Positions 48,212-58,308 of a stretch of DNA of 64,000 bases are shown here, one piece after another. Both the position numbers and the translations under genes were made by a program. The notes below the pieces were generated by a model, which saw only the letters and a list, made by a program, of their open reading frames with translations, ran no database searches and was not told the origin of the DNA. Origin of the DNA: Candidatus Latescibacterota bacterium. GTDB taxonomy: Bacteria; Latescibacterota; UBA2968; UBA8231. Location: positions 5,696,001 through 5,760,000 of the forward strand of contig OZ253462.1 of NCBI GenBank assembly GCA_965261395.1. The letters run 5' to 3'. Numbering within the stretch: position 1 is the stretch's first letter; the number at the start of each line of letters is the position of its first letter.

Positions 48212-48517
48212 TCAGACGGCTTGGTCCTGTTCGACCTGTTCGTTTTCACTGCTGACGATGCTGTCCAAGCGGCTGAGAAGCTGTTCGATGCGTCCCTTTA
48301 CCGCTTCTTGGTCCTGTTTGAACTGTTCGTTTTCACTGCTGGAGGCGCTGATTTTTTCTTTGAGGCTCTGGATATCTGCCTGCAGGGTATCATTTTTTTC
48401 TTTGAGGCTCTGGATCTGCCCATTCAGCTCGTCGTTTTCCTTGCGGAGCGTTTCGAGTACTCCCGTCAGGCGGTTGATGTGGTGTTCAAGGCGTGCAAAA
48501 TTTTCGTTTACATCCAT
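48212..48517 (-). CDS. zapB: ZapB-like coiled-coil protein
   Basis: Pure coiled coil directly upstream of zapA; VKGRIEQLLSRL. Confidence 0.65.
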   Translation of the reverse strand: MDVNENFARLEHHINRLTGVLETLRKENDELNGQIQSLKEKNDTLQADIQSLKEKISASSSENEQFKQDQEAVKGRIEQLLSRLDSIVSSENEQVEQDQAV

Positions 48518-48545
48518 TGGGGTGGCTTCCTGATTGGGGTTGGGA

Positions 48546-50924
48546 TTAGCGCAAACGAGCGCCGAACCGCGCTTCGAGGCTCTTGAGCATCGAGGAGATA
48601 GCCGCGTCGGCCTGAGCGTCCTGCAACGTCTGGTCGCGATCGCGCAGACGGATGGCGAAAGCCACGCTCTTGTGGCCTTTTTCTATTTGATCCCCTTGAT
48701 AGAGGTCAAAAACCTCGATGGATTCGACGAGGCGGGGGGCGCTATTTCTCATGGTGGCGATGAGCTCGGCGGTTGCAGTGTCCGCGCGTACGACTACGGC
48801 TAAGTCGCGCTCGATCGGCGGAAATTTGGGGAGCGCGGAAAACGAGCGCTCCCGACCGTGCCAATGGCGCACTAACGCGGTGAACGATATTTCAAAAATA
48901 TGTACTTGGCGCTCTAAATCAAATGCCGCGCACAAGCTAGCTGAAACTTGGCCCAACCAGCCGAGGGGCTGGCCACCGAGGGAGACGCAGGCCGCGTGTC
49001 CCGAGCGGCATTCGGGGCGGTCGGCGGGAGTAAAGCTCAGGTCCCCCTCGCCTACTAGCGCTTCGAGCAAGCCCTTGAGGTCGAAGAAGTCGGCCTCGCG
49101 GGTGTCAGCCTGATAGGGAGATGCTGAGACGCGTCCCGACCACAGAGCTGCGAGATGCCAGCTTTCCTCGGGTCTCGCGTCCTTTTCAGCACCGGCGACA
49201 AAGCACTTGCCCAGCTCGAAAATGGCCACCCCCGCGGCTCGCTGGTTGAAGTTGCGACACGCCACATCCAAGAGGCTCGGCACCAAGGTAGTGCGCAAGG
49301 CGTCTTGGATGTCGGTCGGCGGGTTAGCCAAGCGGGCGGCTTGGTCTGCGGCATTGACTAGCTCGAGCCAGCGGGATTCGACGATCGTATTACTGACGAC
49401 TTCGTCCAAACCCAAGCCCAAGAGCCGCTGCCGAGCAACCTGCCTAAAGGTGTGCTCGGGGTCGCGTCGGGTGATCCAAGGACCAGATGCCTCCTGACGG
49501 CCCTCGATGCGGTCGAAGCCGTAGATGCGGCCGACCTCTTCGATGAGGTCGGCTGGGCGCTCCAGATCGGGGCGGAAGCTCGGGGCCATTACCACGAGGG
49601 GGTGCCCCGGCTCGACCCGGCAGCCGAGACGCTCGAGAATCTGGACGATAGCGGTGGAGTCTAACTTTGTAGCTAAGAGCTGGTTGGTGCGATCGACGCA
49701 GAGCGGGATTTGGCGGCATTGGCCGGGGCGAGGGTACACGTCTAAAGGATCTGGGGCGACCACGCCGCCGGCCAGTTCGGCGATTAGGCGAGCGGCGCGG
49801 TCAATCGCCTGCACCGGGGCATCCCAATCTGCACCGCGCTCAAAGCGCGTGGCCGCCTCGGTAAAAAGCCCTAGGCGAGACCGGGCCAACCGCACCCGGG
49901 ACGGTGCGAAATAAGCGCTTTCGAGTAGGATGTCAGTGGTGTCCGCCGATACCTGGGAATGGGCCCCACCCATGATCCCGGCTAGTGCTTGGGGCCGCGT
50001 CCCATCGGCGATGACCAGCATCTCTTCGTCGAGTTGGCACTGGGTGCCGTCGAGAGTTTCCAATATCTCGCCGGAGCGCGCCCGGCGGACGAGGATGCGT
50101 TGCTGGTCCAGTGTGTGTAGGTCGAAAGCGTGCAGAGGATGCCCCAATTCCAGCAACACGTAGTTGGTGATATCGACGATGTTGTTGATGGGGCGCTGAC
50201 CCACGGCTTGGAGTCGGCGCTGGAGCCACTGAGGCGAAGGGCTAACCTCGACACCGCGCACGACGCGGCCGACGTAACGCGGACAATCGTCCGGTGCCTC
50301 GATGTCGATCCGCACGTCTTCCGCTGTGGCCGGTCCGCTTTCAGGCACCTGTAAGTTGGGAAAACGGAGGGAGTTGCCGGTGAGCGCGTGGACCTCGCGG
50401 GCAATGCCCAAGAGGCTCAGGCAGTCCGGGCGATTGGGCGTAACCTCGAAGTCGATGACCACGTCGCCGAGCCCCGTAGCTGCGGCAAAGGGGGTGCCGA
50501 CCGGGAGGTCCTCGTCGAGCACCACAATGCCGTCGTGGTTATCGCTTAGCCCGAGCTCGTCTTCGGCACAGAGCATGCCCTCGGATGCGACGCCGCGGAT
50601 TTTGGCTTTTTTGATCTGCATGCCCCCGGGCAGCGTGGTGCCGGGTAGGGCGACGGCGACGGTTTGCCCGGCCGCGACATTGGGTGCCCCGCAGACGATG
50701 GTGTTGACCCCGGTCCCGACATCGACTTGGCAGACGGTCAAGCGATCGGCGTTTTCGTGTGAGCGACAGGTGTTGACGCGGCCGATGACAACGCCCTCGT
50801 AGCGCGCGCCGAGATCCTCGACGCCCTCGAATGCCAAGCCCGCCATGGTCAGGCGCTCGGCTAGCTCGGGCCAATCCCAGGGGAAGTCCACGTATTCCTT
50901 GAGCCAATTGTACGTGATTTTCAT
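48546..50924 (-). CDS. pheT: Phenylalanine-tRNA ligase beta subunit; start ATG 50924
   Basis: MKITYNWLKEY, VCGAPNV, TPNRPDCLS, RFERG, DLIEEVGRIYG, RDLAVV. Confidence 0.97.
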   Translation of the reverse strand: MKITYNWLKEYVDFPWDWPELAERLTMAGLAFEGVEDLGARYEGVVIGRVNTCRSHENADRLTVCQVDVGTGVNTIVCGAPNVAAGQTVAVALPGTTLPGGMQIKKAKIRGVASEGMLCAEDELGLSDNHDGIVVLDEDLPVGTPFAAATGLGDVVIDFEVTPNRPDCLSLLGIAREVHALTGNSLRFPNLQVPESGPATAEDVRIDIEAPDDCPRYVGRVVRGVEVSPSPQWLQRRLQAVGQRPINNIVDITNYVLLELGHPLHAFDLHTLDQQRILVRRARSGEILETLDGTQCQLDEEMLVIADGTRPQALAGIMGGAHSQVSADTTDILLESAYFAPSRVRLARSRLGLFTEAATRFERGADWDAPVQAIDRAARLIAELAGGVVAPDPLDVYPRPGQCRQIPLCVDRTNQLLATKLDSTAIVQILERLGCRVEPGHPLVVMAPSFRPDLERPADLIEEVGRIYGFDRIEGRQEASGPWITRRDPEHTFRQVARQRLLGLGLDEVVSNTIVESRWLELVNAADQAARLANPPTDIQDALRTTLVPSLLDVACRNFNQRAAGVAIFELGKCFVAGAEKDARPEESWHLAALWSGRVSASPYQADTREADFFDLKGLLEALVGEGDLSFTPADRPECRSGHAACVSLGGQPLGWLGQVSASLCAAFDLERQVHIFEISFTALVRHWHGRERSFSALPKFPPIERDLAVVVRADTATAELIATMRNSAPRLVESIEVFDLYQGDQIEKGHKSVAFAIRLRDRDQTLQDAQADAAISSMLKSLEARFGARLR

Positions 50925-50941
50925 AAGGCGTTGCCGAGACC

Positions 50942-51955
50942 TCAGAACTGCCGGGTGAATCGCAAGTCGTTGTCGAGGAAGCGCCGCACGTCGTCGATGC
51001 CGTGCCGGATCATGGCGATCCGCTCCAATCCCATGCCGAAGGCGAAGCCAGTATATTCGTCGGGGTCGTAGCCCACTGCGGCAAAGACGGCCGGATCGAC
51101 CATACCGGCCCCGGCGATTTCGATCCAACCTGTCTCCTTGCAGATGGAGCAGTTCACGCGTTGCCCCTTGCAGATGCAGGTGAAATCGTATTCCACGCTT
51201 GGCTCAGTAAAGGGAAAGAAGTGAGGCCGAAAGCGCACTTGGGTCTCCGCGCCCATAAGTTGGCGTCCCATGGCCTCAATAGTGCCCTTCAAGTCGGCGA
51301 AAGAGACCTCACGGTCGACGTATAAGCCCTCGATCTGGTGGAAGGCGAAGTGGTGGGTTGCATCGACCGTCTCCTTGCGGTAGCAGCGTCCCAAGGAGAT
51401 GATCCGCACCGGCGGCGGCGTTTGCTCCATGACGTGGACCTGCACCGTGGAGGTGTGGGTGCGCATGAGTCTACCTCCTTCTTCTAGATAGAAGGTGTCG
51501 TGTAGATCGCGCGCGGGGTGGTCAGCCGGGGTATTGAGGGCATCGAAGTTGTGGTACTCGTCCTCGACTTCTGGTCCGTCGGCCACGTCAAAACCCATGC
51601 CTTGGAAGATGCCGATCAATTCGTCGGTTAGCTGGGACAGTGGGTGGGCACAGCCCAAGAGGGGCCGTCGGCCCGGGAGCGTTACGTCGAGGGCCGCCGC
51701 CGCTTCGGCCACCTGCCGGAGGGCCAAGGCCTTGTTGTCTAGCGCCTGTTGAATGGCCTTTTGGGCGCGGCCCGTGGCCTCCCCTAGTGTTGGTCGTTGG
51801 GCGGCGGGCAGGTGGCCGATCTGTCGCGCGATCTGTCGCAACTGGCTCTTGCGCCCGAGGTGGTGAACTCTCAGTGCCTCCAGCGCTTTATCGTCTCGGG
51901 CAGCCTCAATTTCCTCTACGGCCACCGACGCTAAGTATCGCACTTCTTCTAACAT
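50942..51955 (-). CDS. pheS: Phenylalanine-tRNA ligase alpha subunit
   Basis: HPARDLHDTFY, RTHTSTVQ, FPFTEPS, GFAFGMGLER. Confidence 0.97.
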   Translation of the reverse strand: MLEEVRYLASVAVEEIEAARDDKALEALRVHHLGRKSQLRQIARQIGHLPAAQRPTLGEATGRAQKAIQQALDNKALALRQVAEAAAALDVTLPGRRPLLGCAHPLSQLTDELIGIFQGMGFDVADGPEVEDEYHNFDALNTPADHPARDLHDTFYLEEGGRLMRTHTSTVQVHVMEQTPPPVRIISLGRCYRKETVDATHHFAFHQIEGLYVDREVSFADLKGTIEAMGRQLMGAETQVRFRPHFFPFTEPSVEYDFTCICKGQRVNCSICKETGWIEIAGAGMVDPAVFAAVGYDPDEYTGFAFGMGLERIAMIRHGIDDVRRFLDNDLRFTRQF

Positions 51956-51971
51956 ATAGACCTAATAGAAC

Positions 51972-52006
51972 AAAAAGGGCCCGGCGTGTGTCGCCGACCC
52001 CTTTTT
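51972..52006 (-). terminator. Intrinsic terminator after rplT
   Basis: Minus strand GGGGTCGGCG-ACACA-CGCCGGGCCC-TTTTT; A5/T5 runs on both sides. Confidence 0.65.
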
Positions 52007-52024
52007 GTAAGATGAGTGTAAACT

Positions 52025-52378
52025 TTAGGCGTGGGGCCGGGCTTGTTCGACTACCGCGGTAAAGGCGGCCGCATCGCGCACGGCTATATCGGCCAAGACC
52101 TTGCGGTTGATTGTAACGCCGGCTTGGTCCAATCCGTGGACGAGTTGGCTGTAAGACATGCCGTTGCGGCGGGCGGCGGCATTGATGCGGACAATCCAAA
52201 GGCGGCGGAAGTCCCGCTTGCGCTTGCGCCGGTCGCGGTAGGCGTAAACTTGAGCGCGATCGACGGCTTCTTGAGCGGTGCGGAAGAGGCGGCTGCGCCC
52301 CCCCCAATAACCCTTGGCTTGTTTGAGTACCTTCTTTTTTCGCTTTTTGGTGGCTACGGCGTGATTTACCCGTGGCAT
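52025..52378 (-). CDS. rplT: 50S ribosomal protein L20
   Basis: MPRV...AKGYWG...[26 protein letters not shown]. Confidence 0.98.
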   Translation of the reverse strand: MPRVNHAVATKKRKKKVLKQAKGYWGGRSRLFRTAQEAVDRAQVYAYRDRRKRKRDFRRLWIVRINAAARRNGMSYSQLVHGLDQAGVTINRKVLADIAVRDAAAFTAVVEQARPHA

Positions 52379-52401
52379 GGATTATTCTCCGTTAAACTCG
52401 C

Positions 52402-52599
52402 TTACTTGAGGTTCAGGGCACGGCGAACATTGGCTAGGTCTGCGGACGAGACGGGATTGTTTTTGCGGAAAGTCCGTTTGCGCTTGGTCGAGCGACCGCC
52501 CAAAAGGTGAGTAGCATAGGCGTTGCGTCGCTTCAGGCTGCCCGATCCGCGCTGCTTAATGCGCTTGGACGAGGATTTATGCGTCTTGATTTTGGGCAT
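52402..52599 (-). CDS. rpmI: 50S ribosomal protein L35
   Basis: MPKIKTHKSSSKR...HLL...KRKR; precedes rplT. Confidence 0.93.
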   Translation of the reverse strand: MPKIKTHKSSSKRIKQRGSGSLKRRNAYATHLLGGRSTKRKRTFRKNNPVSSADLANVRRALNLK

Positions 52600-52635
52600 G
52601 ATGGTCCTTCTGTCTTGATTTTGGCCAGAAAAGCA

Positions 52636-52664
52636 AAAATAGACCATGAAATAGGGGCTGTCAA
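52636..52664 (-). promoter_or_regulatory. Sigma70 promoter directly upstream of rpmI
   Basis: Minus strand TTGACA-N17-TATTTT. Confidence 0.65.
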
Positions 52665-52763
52665 GGAAGGGCCGCCCGCTCTGCAGGCGGTGAAATTTTG
52701 TCGGGAAAGTTCTCGGTCCCGTCTCGGAGTTGGGGCGCGATCAGTGGCTGGAGTATTAGGTGA

Positions 52764-53027
52764 TTAGGCGGCTGCGTGCGATCTACATTTTTCGATCTGC
52801 TCCCGCACTTGGGGACGGATAAAGACCGTATCGAGAGGTAACCGCGAAAGGGCGCGGCATAACAAATGCACTCGAGCTCCGGTATTGAGTTCGTGATTGA
52901 CGATCAAGTAGGATCTACCTCCGTAGTGGCAAAGCCCACCTTGGCCCTCGAAATCGTCGTAGCGCACCTCAATATCGAGCCCGGCGGCGAGGCTTTCTAA
53001 CTCTTGCAGGAGAATGGAGTCATCCAT
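52764..53027 (-). CDS. Small hypothetical protein
   Basis: MDDSILLQELESLAAGLDIEVRYD...GGLC...LDTVFIRPQVRE looks like a folded small domain. Confidence 0.65.
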   Translation of the reverse strand: MDDSILLQELESLAAGLDIEVRYDDFEGQGGLCHYGGRSYLIVNHELNTGARVHLLCRALSRLPLDTVFIRPQVREQIEKCRSHAAA

Positions 53028-53145
53028 AAGAAAATAATAGGGCCGCAGGCCGCGGCTAAGCAAGGAAATTGTTGGGAGCCGAATGGCGGATTGTTATTAT
53101 ATGGTGCCATTTTAGAGCGCATCCATAGCGGAGGGGAAACCGACT

Positions 53146-54000
53146 GTGACCGCAGCAAAACCCCAAGTACTGGTGACAAACGACGACGGGGCCGATTCGC
53201 CCCTTTTGGTGCCGTTGCTATGGGAGTTATCCAAGTTAGCCGAGCTGTGCCCGGTCGTGCCGGCGGCGGAATGCAGCTGGACCAGCAAGAGTATGAGTCG
53301 CTTTGAGCCGTTGGTGCTGGCCGAGATCGAATGCGGAGGTTTTCCCGTCCAGACGCTGACCGGCAAGCCGGCCGACTGTGCCAATATCGGCATTCACAAC
53401 CTCTGTCCCGAAAAGCCGGCCCTAGTCATTTCCGGCATCAATATGGGCGTCAACTCCGGCCTCGCTTTCACGCTAAGTTCTGGCACGATAGGGGCGGCGG
53501 TAGAGGGCTTTCTCGCCGGGGTGCCGTCCGCGGCTTTTTCGCTGGAACTGCCCGGGTCGGCTTTTGCCCTCTGGCGGCAGTCGCGGCGGCTCGATCCCGC
53601 GCTCGACGCGCTAATCGCGGCGGCGGCGGCTGTCACTGCCGATATTGCCGCTGAGATATTGCGTGGGGGGTTGCCCGCTGGTGCCGACATGATCGCGGTG
53701 AACATGCCCGCTAGTACTAGGAGCGAATCCCCGAGGTGCCTGACTGGCTTGGCAAGGACGCGCTATGGTCCGCTATTCACCCGTCGCGCGGCCGAACCGC
53801 ACTTCGAATACCATAGCTGCCAGTTGCAGTTGGTCGGCGATGGAGCTAACAGCGATGTGGAAGCCTTGGAACGCGGTGCGATCGCGATTACGCCGCTCCG
53901 CTATTCTATCGGTGTCCCAATAAGCCCGGTTGATCGCCAGCGCTTTGAGCGTAGCGTTTTCACGCCTGAAGGCGCGGTGAAGCGAGGCGGTCGTGGTTAA
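53146..54000 (+). CDS. surE: 5'/3'-nucleotidase SurE
   Basis: VLVTNDDG, GKPADC, VISGINMGVNSG...SGTIGAA.EG, IAITPL. Confidence 0.9.
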   Translation: MTAAKPQVLVTNDDGADSPLLVPLLWELSKLAELCPVVPAAECSWTSKSMSRFEPLVLAEIECGGFPVQTLTGKPADCANIGIHNLCPEKPALVISGINMGVNSGLAFTLSSGTIGAAVEGFLAGVPSAAFSLELPGSAFALWRQSRRLDPALDALIAAAAAVTADIAAEILRGGLPAGADMIAVNMPASTRSESPRCLTGLARTRYGPLFTRRAAEPHFEYHSCQLQLVGDGANSDVEALERGAIAITPLRYSIGVPISPVDRQRFERSVFTPEGAVKRGGRG

Positions 54001-55300
54001 GCGGCTTCTCGCGAACGGCAGTTGTATCGGCGTCCTATTGTTCGCAGAGGGCGCGTGGGGCGAGGGTGTGGTCCACGTCGATTCCACCCACAGCCAGCCC
54101 TCGTCTCCGCTGCTGGCCAAAGTCTCTCAGTCTGCGACCGAGCAGACCGTGGAGGCTGTGCGCTGGATGGCAAAGCGACGCCAGTTTACCCTGTGGGGCA
54201 TTCCCTACGGCGTCACCGGCCTTCCTTTCGCTTTTCTCAGCCCCAACACGGGCTGGAACTGGGGAGCGCGTGTACATTGGGCCGACTATCGGCACCAGCC
54301 TTATCTCTACAAGTTGACCCTGCACGTACAGCAGTCCTCTGAGGGCAAATTAAAAAACCGCGTGCGGTTGAAGGTACCCCAAATTTCGGGGACGGGTTTT
54401 GGCTTGGGGCTGGAGTTGGTCCGCGAACGCAATCTGCGCACGCGCTACTATGGGTTGGGCAACGAAAGCGCATTCAATCGGGACTTCGTCGAGCCGAATA
54501 GCGCTGATTTCAAGGATGAAAACTACTACTACTACATTCTAGAAAGAAACCCGCGGATCTTAGTGAGCCTTTTTCGCCGTTTGTACGGTCCGGTATCCAT
54601 GTCGCTCGGTTTTGGGCTGGAGCGCGTCGATGTGGACCAACGGGGGACACAGGCTTTTTATCTAGAACGGGGCACTCCAGACGGAGTGATAGATGGGTTT
54701 TCGGGGTTTATAAGTGCGACTCTCCAATGGGATACCCGCGATGACGAAGTGATGCCGCGGAGCGGCTTCTTTCAGGAGTGGTCGTACGAGTCGGCACGCA
54801 ACTCGTTTCTGGCGCTGTTCTTCGAGCCTATTGATTTTAGCCGCGTGACCCTAACCAACGCCTACTATATCCTGCTGTCGCCTCGGGTGAACTTCTCCCA
54901 TCGCCTCTTGCTGGAGGTGCTCAGTGGCGAAGTGCCCCTCTACGCCTATGGCGAGATCGGAGGCAGCCGTCGGGTCAAGGGGTTGGGCGGCAGCGATTCG
55001 CTGCGGGGTTTCGACACCCAGCGGTTTACAGACGATGTGCGCTTTTTCTCCAATGTCGAATTGCGCTACCAACTGTACGACCACTGGTTTTACGGGCAGT
55101 ACATAGAATGGCAGGGGATGGTTTTTCTCGATTCGGGCCGGGTCTGGCCCGACTTGGATCGGATCGGGTGGTCGGGCATGCACATCAGCGGTGGTGCGGG
55201 GGTGCGAATGGTCTGGGACACCGATCTAGTGATCCGCATGGGCACGGGCGTCGCCAACGAGCAAATGGATATCTGGCTGAGTATAGGACAGAATTTCTAG
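53993..55300 (+). CDS. Omp85/BamA-TamA-like barrel lacking POTRA domains
   Basis: WDTRD, LGGSDSLRGF, NVELRY, FLDSGRVW, C-terminal IGQNF. Confidence 0.8.
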   Translation: MVKRLLANGSCIGVLLFAEGAWGEGVVHVDSTHSQPSSPLLAKVSQSATEQTVEAVRWMAKRRQFTLWGIPYGVTGLPFAFLSPNTGWNWGARVHWADYRHQPYLYKLTLHVQQSSEGKLKNRVRLKVPQISGTGFGLGLELVRERNLRTRYYGLGNESAFNRDFVEPNSADFKDENYYYYILERNPRILVSLFRRLYGPVSMSLGFGLERVDVDQRGTQAFYLERGTPDGVIDGFSGFISATLQWDTRDDEVMPRSGFFQEWSYESARNSFLALFFEPIDFSRVTLTNAYYILLSPRVNFSHRLLLEVLSGEVPLYAYGEIGGSRRVKGLGGSDSLRGFDTQRFTDDVRFFSNVELRYQLYDHWFYGQYIEWQGMVFLDSGRVWPDLDRIGWSGMHISGGAGVRMVWDTDLVIRMGTGVANEQMDIWLSIGQNF

Positions 55301-56151
55301 GCGTGATCGGCAGTCTTCGGGGCCAAAAGTTCGATTAAGCGCGCCAATTCCGCCGCCATGTGGTCGCGCGAGACGATGCGGTCGATAAAGCCGTGTTCAA
55401 GGACGGTCTCGGCTTTCTGAAAGCCCGCGGGAAAGGGGGCCTCCGTGCCGAGGAACTGCTGGATGACGGCTGGCCCGGCAAACCCAATACGCGCCCCAGG
55501 TTCGGCTAGGGCAATATCGCCGAGCATGGCGAAGCTAGCGGTGACTCCCCCGTAGGTCGGGTCGGTGAGAATGGCAATGTAGAGCAAGCCGTTTTGCGCG
55601 AGTTGGTTGAGCTTGGCACTGATCCGGGCCATCTGCATCAGGGAGTAGGCGCTCTCTTGCATTCTGGCCCCAGCAGACTGGCAGATGACGATTAGGGTGC
55701 GGTGCTCGGCAATGGCGCGGTCGATGAGGCGGCAGATCTTCTCGCCGGTCGCGCCGCCCAAAGTACCCATGAGGTAGCGCGTATCCATGATCGCGAGAGC
55801 AATAGGCTGCCCGTCGATCTGGCCGACGCCGGTGTGTACTGATTCCTTGGCGCCGCTTTCGCGTCGCCCCTTTTTGATTTTGTCCTTATAGCCTTTGAAC
55901 TTGAGCGGATCAACGGGCATCACGTCCGGGTCGATTTCGGTGAAGGTTCCTTCGTCGACGACGAGGTCAATATATTGCTGCGGACCGATGGGATAGTGGA
56001 AGGCGCACTCCGGGCAGATCCAGTGACTGCGTCGCAGGGCCATCTCGTAGTTAGAGCGGCTACACTTTTTGCACTTGATCCAGATACCCTGGGGAATTTC
56101 TCGCTTTATTAGGGACTTGATCCCAGTTTTCATTTTTTCAAACCAGTTCAA
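55297..56151 (-). CDS. accD: Acetyl-CoA carboxylase carboxyltransferase beta subunit; start TTG 56151
   Basis: WIKCKKC...ICPEC zinc finger, DPLKF, SAGARMQE, DPTYGGVTASFA, IGFAGP. Confidence 0.95.
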   Translation of the reverse strand: MNWFEKMKTGIKSLIKREIPQGIWIKCKKCSRSNYEMALRRSHWICPECAFHYPIGPQQYIDLVVDEGTFTEIDPDVMPVDPLKFKGYKDKIKKGRRESGAKESVHTGVGQIDGQPIALAIMDTRYLMGTLGGATGEKICRLIDRAIAEHRTLIVICQSAGARMQESAYSLMQMARISAKLNQLAQNGLLYIAILTDPTYGGVTASFAMLGDIALAEPGARIGFAGPAVIQQFLGTEAPFPAGFQKAETVLEHGFIDRIVSRDHMAAELARLIELLAPKTADHA

Positions 56152-56498
56152 GGCTTCTCCCCTCAGATTAGCCCCGCCGCTCGAGTCCGGCGAAGTGAAC
56201 GTAGCGGTAGCTCGGATAAACGCGCTCGTCGCCACATTGCTATAAAGCGAATAAAGTGCATTAAAAATAAATACTTGTCAATCTACAAACGCGAGGCGCG
56301 CCGCGGAAATGTAACGCAGTCGCTATAAAGATGGAATGGCAGAGGTTGCTATTAGGTGGTTTTTGAAGTTGCATCTCAAACAGTAAATACGTATCTTGAC
56401 GGCTCTATGAGGGCTACATTAAGCAAAGACAACCAAACCGCGAATTGTCGCGGCGCGGAGACCGGTCTTGTCGAGGATTGTTAAGCGTGAAATGTAAT

Positions 56499-57629
56499 AT
56501 GCTGCGAATACTATGGCTAGCGATTTGCACCTTAGTTTTGGGTGCCGACGCCAGGGCCAATGAGAATGAAATTGCAACGGCCGATTCAATCCGCAAGTAC
56601 AAATACTACGCCAAGACGGCCCGCCAAAACAAAGAGTACGACAGGGCCATAGGCTATTACACGACTCTGCTGCAATATAGTCCCCAAGACCTGAAGGCCG
56701 CCTACTTCTTGGGGCAGCTCTATTACGAAAAAAAGGATTCCACCGGCGCACGCATCGCACTGCCCCAGGCGCGCATCGCACTGCGCCAAGCAGTCAGCAT
56801 CGACTCGCTGCATCTGAATTCCAACTTGCTTCTCTATTCGATATATAAAGCCATGGACTTGCCCGATTCGGCTGCTTGGAGTTTGGAGCGCGTACTGCTC
56901 GAAAAGCCGGAGCTCCGCCGCGAGTTGGCCGACCTCTATCGCCGCGGGGGCCACAACGAGCGGGCTGTCGCCCACTATGAACAGTTGGTTGCGGACGGTA
57001 GCAAGGATGCCGAGCTATTTGAAGTACTTGCGGTGTTGCACCAGGAGCTGGGGCAGGCGGAGCAGGCCCTTGCGTGGCGCCACCGCCAAGTCGAGGGTGG
57101 GACGGGCGGTGCCGACCAACTGGAGAGCATCGTCGAGTTGCAGCTAGAAGTCGGCGATGTCGATGAAGCCTATGACACGCTGTTGGAACTAGCGCGGGTG
57201 GATTCGCAGAATGCTTATTCCTATTACAACCGCATCGCGTCAATCGCCTCTGAAGAGGACGACGACACTTGGCGCTTCAAGGGCCTCAAGGGCATGGTCG
57301 AAGCCGATCCCAAGGATTTGAAGAGCATAGCTGAGTTAGTGGAGTGGCATCAAGGCCGCGGCGAGTTCGCCTCGGCAAAAGCGTGGTTGGAGCGAGGGCT
57401 GAAGGGAAATTCCAAGGATGCACACCTGCTGCTGCTCAAGGGCGACAATCTGGTAAGGGAAGGTGACGAGGAAGGGGCCATCGCCGCCTTTGAGAAAGCC
57501 AAAGCCGATCCGGCTTGGGAGAAGGTGGCCCAGCAGCGCATCTGGCAGCTTCGGCCGCCCGAGACCGAAGAAGAAAAGCTCAAGCGGCAGTTCTTCGGTG
57601 GCGAAGAGGCACAAGAGGAGCAAAACTAA
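56499..57629 (+). CDS. Exported TPR protein heading the ExbB/ExbD/TonB cluster
   Basis: Signal peptide from ATG 56499; TPR-like helices AYFLGQLYY, LADLYRR, LLLKGDNL. Confidence 0.8.
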   Translation: MLRILWLAICTLVLGADARANENEIATADSIRKYKYYAKTARQNKEYDRAIGYYTTLLQYSPQDLKAAYFLGQLYYEKKDSTGARIALPQARIALRQAVSIDSLHLNSNLLLYSIYKAMDLPDSAAWSLERVLLEKPELRRELADLYRRGGHNERAVAHYEQLVADGSKDAELFEVLAVLHQELGQAEQALAWRHRQVEGGTGGADQLESIVELQLEVGDVDEAYDTLLELARVDSQNAYSYYNRIASIASEEDDDTWRFKGLKGMVEADPKDLKSIAELVEWHQGRGEFASAKAWLERGLKGNSKDAHLLLLKGDNLVREGDEEGAIAAFEKAKADPAWEKVAQQRIWQLRPPETEEEKLKRQFFGGEEAQEEQN

Positions 57630-57688
57630 GCACCGCTCCGGGTCTGTTGGTTCGACCGGGACTAACATTACAATCGTGGGGGGAAAAA

Positions 57689-58306
57689 ATGGTAGAGCTT
57701 TTTCAAGACGGTGGATGGGCCATGTGGCCCCTGCTCATTCTGCTCATCATCGGCGTTGCCGTAGCTATTGAGCGTCTGTACAATCTGTCGCGGTCGTCGA
57801 TTGATGCTGCGGATTTCTTTACGGGCCTCGAAGAGGCACTCAACAGCGGGGGCCCCGACGCCGCGGCCGAGCTTTGCTCGAATACGCGCGGTCCGGTTGC
57901 CTCCGTCATCCACGCTGGGCTCCTGCGCTTGGAGCGCGGCATCGACCACGTCGAGAAAGCCATTGACAATTCCGGCGCGGTGGAGATGGCCTTTCTCGAG
58001 CGCGGTATGGTCTGGCTATCGACCGTGGCCAACTTGGCACCGATGATAGGCTTTTTGGGCACGGTCAGCGGTATGATCAATGCCTTTCAGGCGATCAAGG
58101 AAGCCGGCGATGTCGAGCCTTCCATGGTCGCGGGCGGTATCTCTGAGGCTCTAATCACCACGGCTGCGGGTCTGATCGTGGGCATCCTGATCCAGTTTTG
58201 CTACAACTATTGCGCCAATCGCATCGATAAGATCATCGCCGACATGACTGAGCAGACGGCCAACTTCATCGATCTATTGGCCGCGCGTCAGCATCAAGGA
58301 GCCTAA
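57689..58306 (+). CDS. exbB: MotA/TolQ/ExbB proton channel
   Basis: GGWAMWPL, LAPMIGFLGTVSGMI, GISEALITTAAGL. Confidence 0.92.
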   Translation: MVELFQDGGWAMWPLLILLIIGVAVAIERLYNLSRSSIDAADFFTGLEEALNSGGPDAAAELCSNTRGPVASVIHAGLLRLERGIDHVEKAIDNSGAVEMAFLERGMVWLSTVANLAPMIGFLGTVSGMINAFQAIKEAGDVEPSMVAGGISEALITTAAGLIVGILIQFCYNYCANRIDKIIADMTEQTANFIDLLAARQHQGA

Positions 58307-58308
58307 AC

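Noticed and set aside
53993-55300. bamA
   Set aside because: At 435 aa with no POTRA domains it is a barrel-only Omp85 paralog
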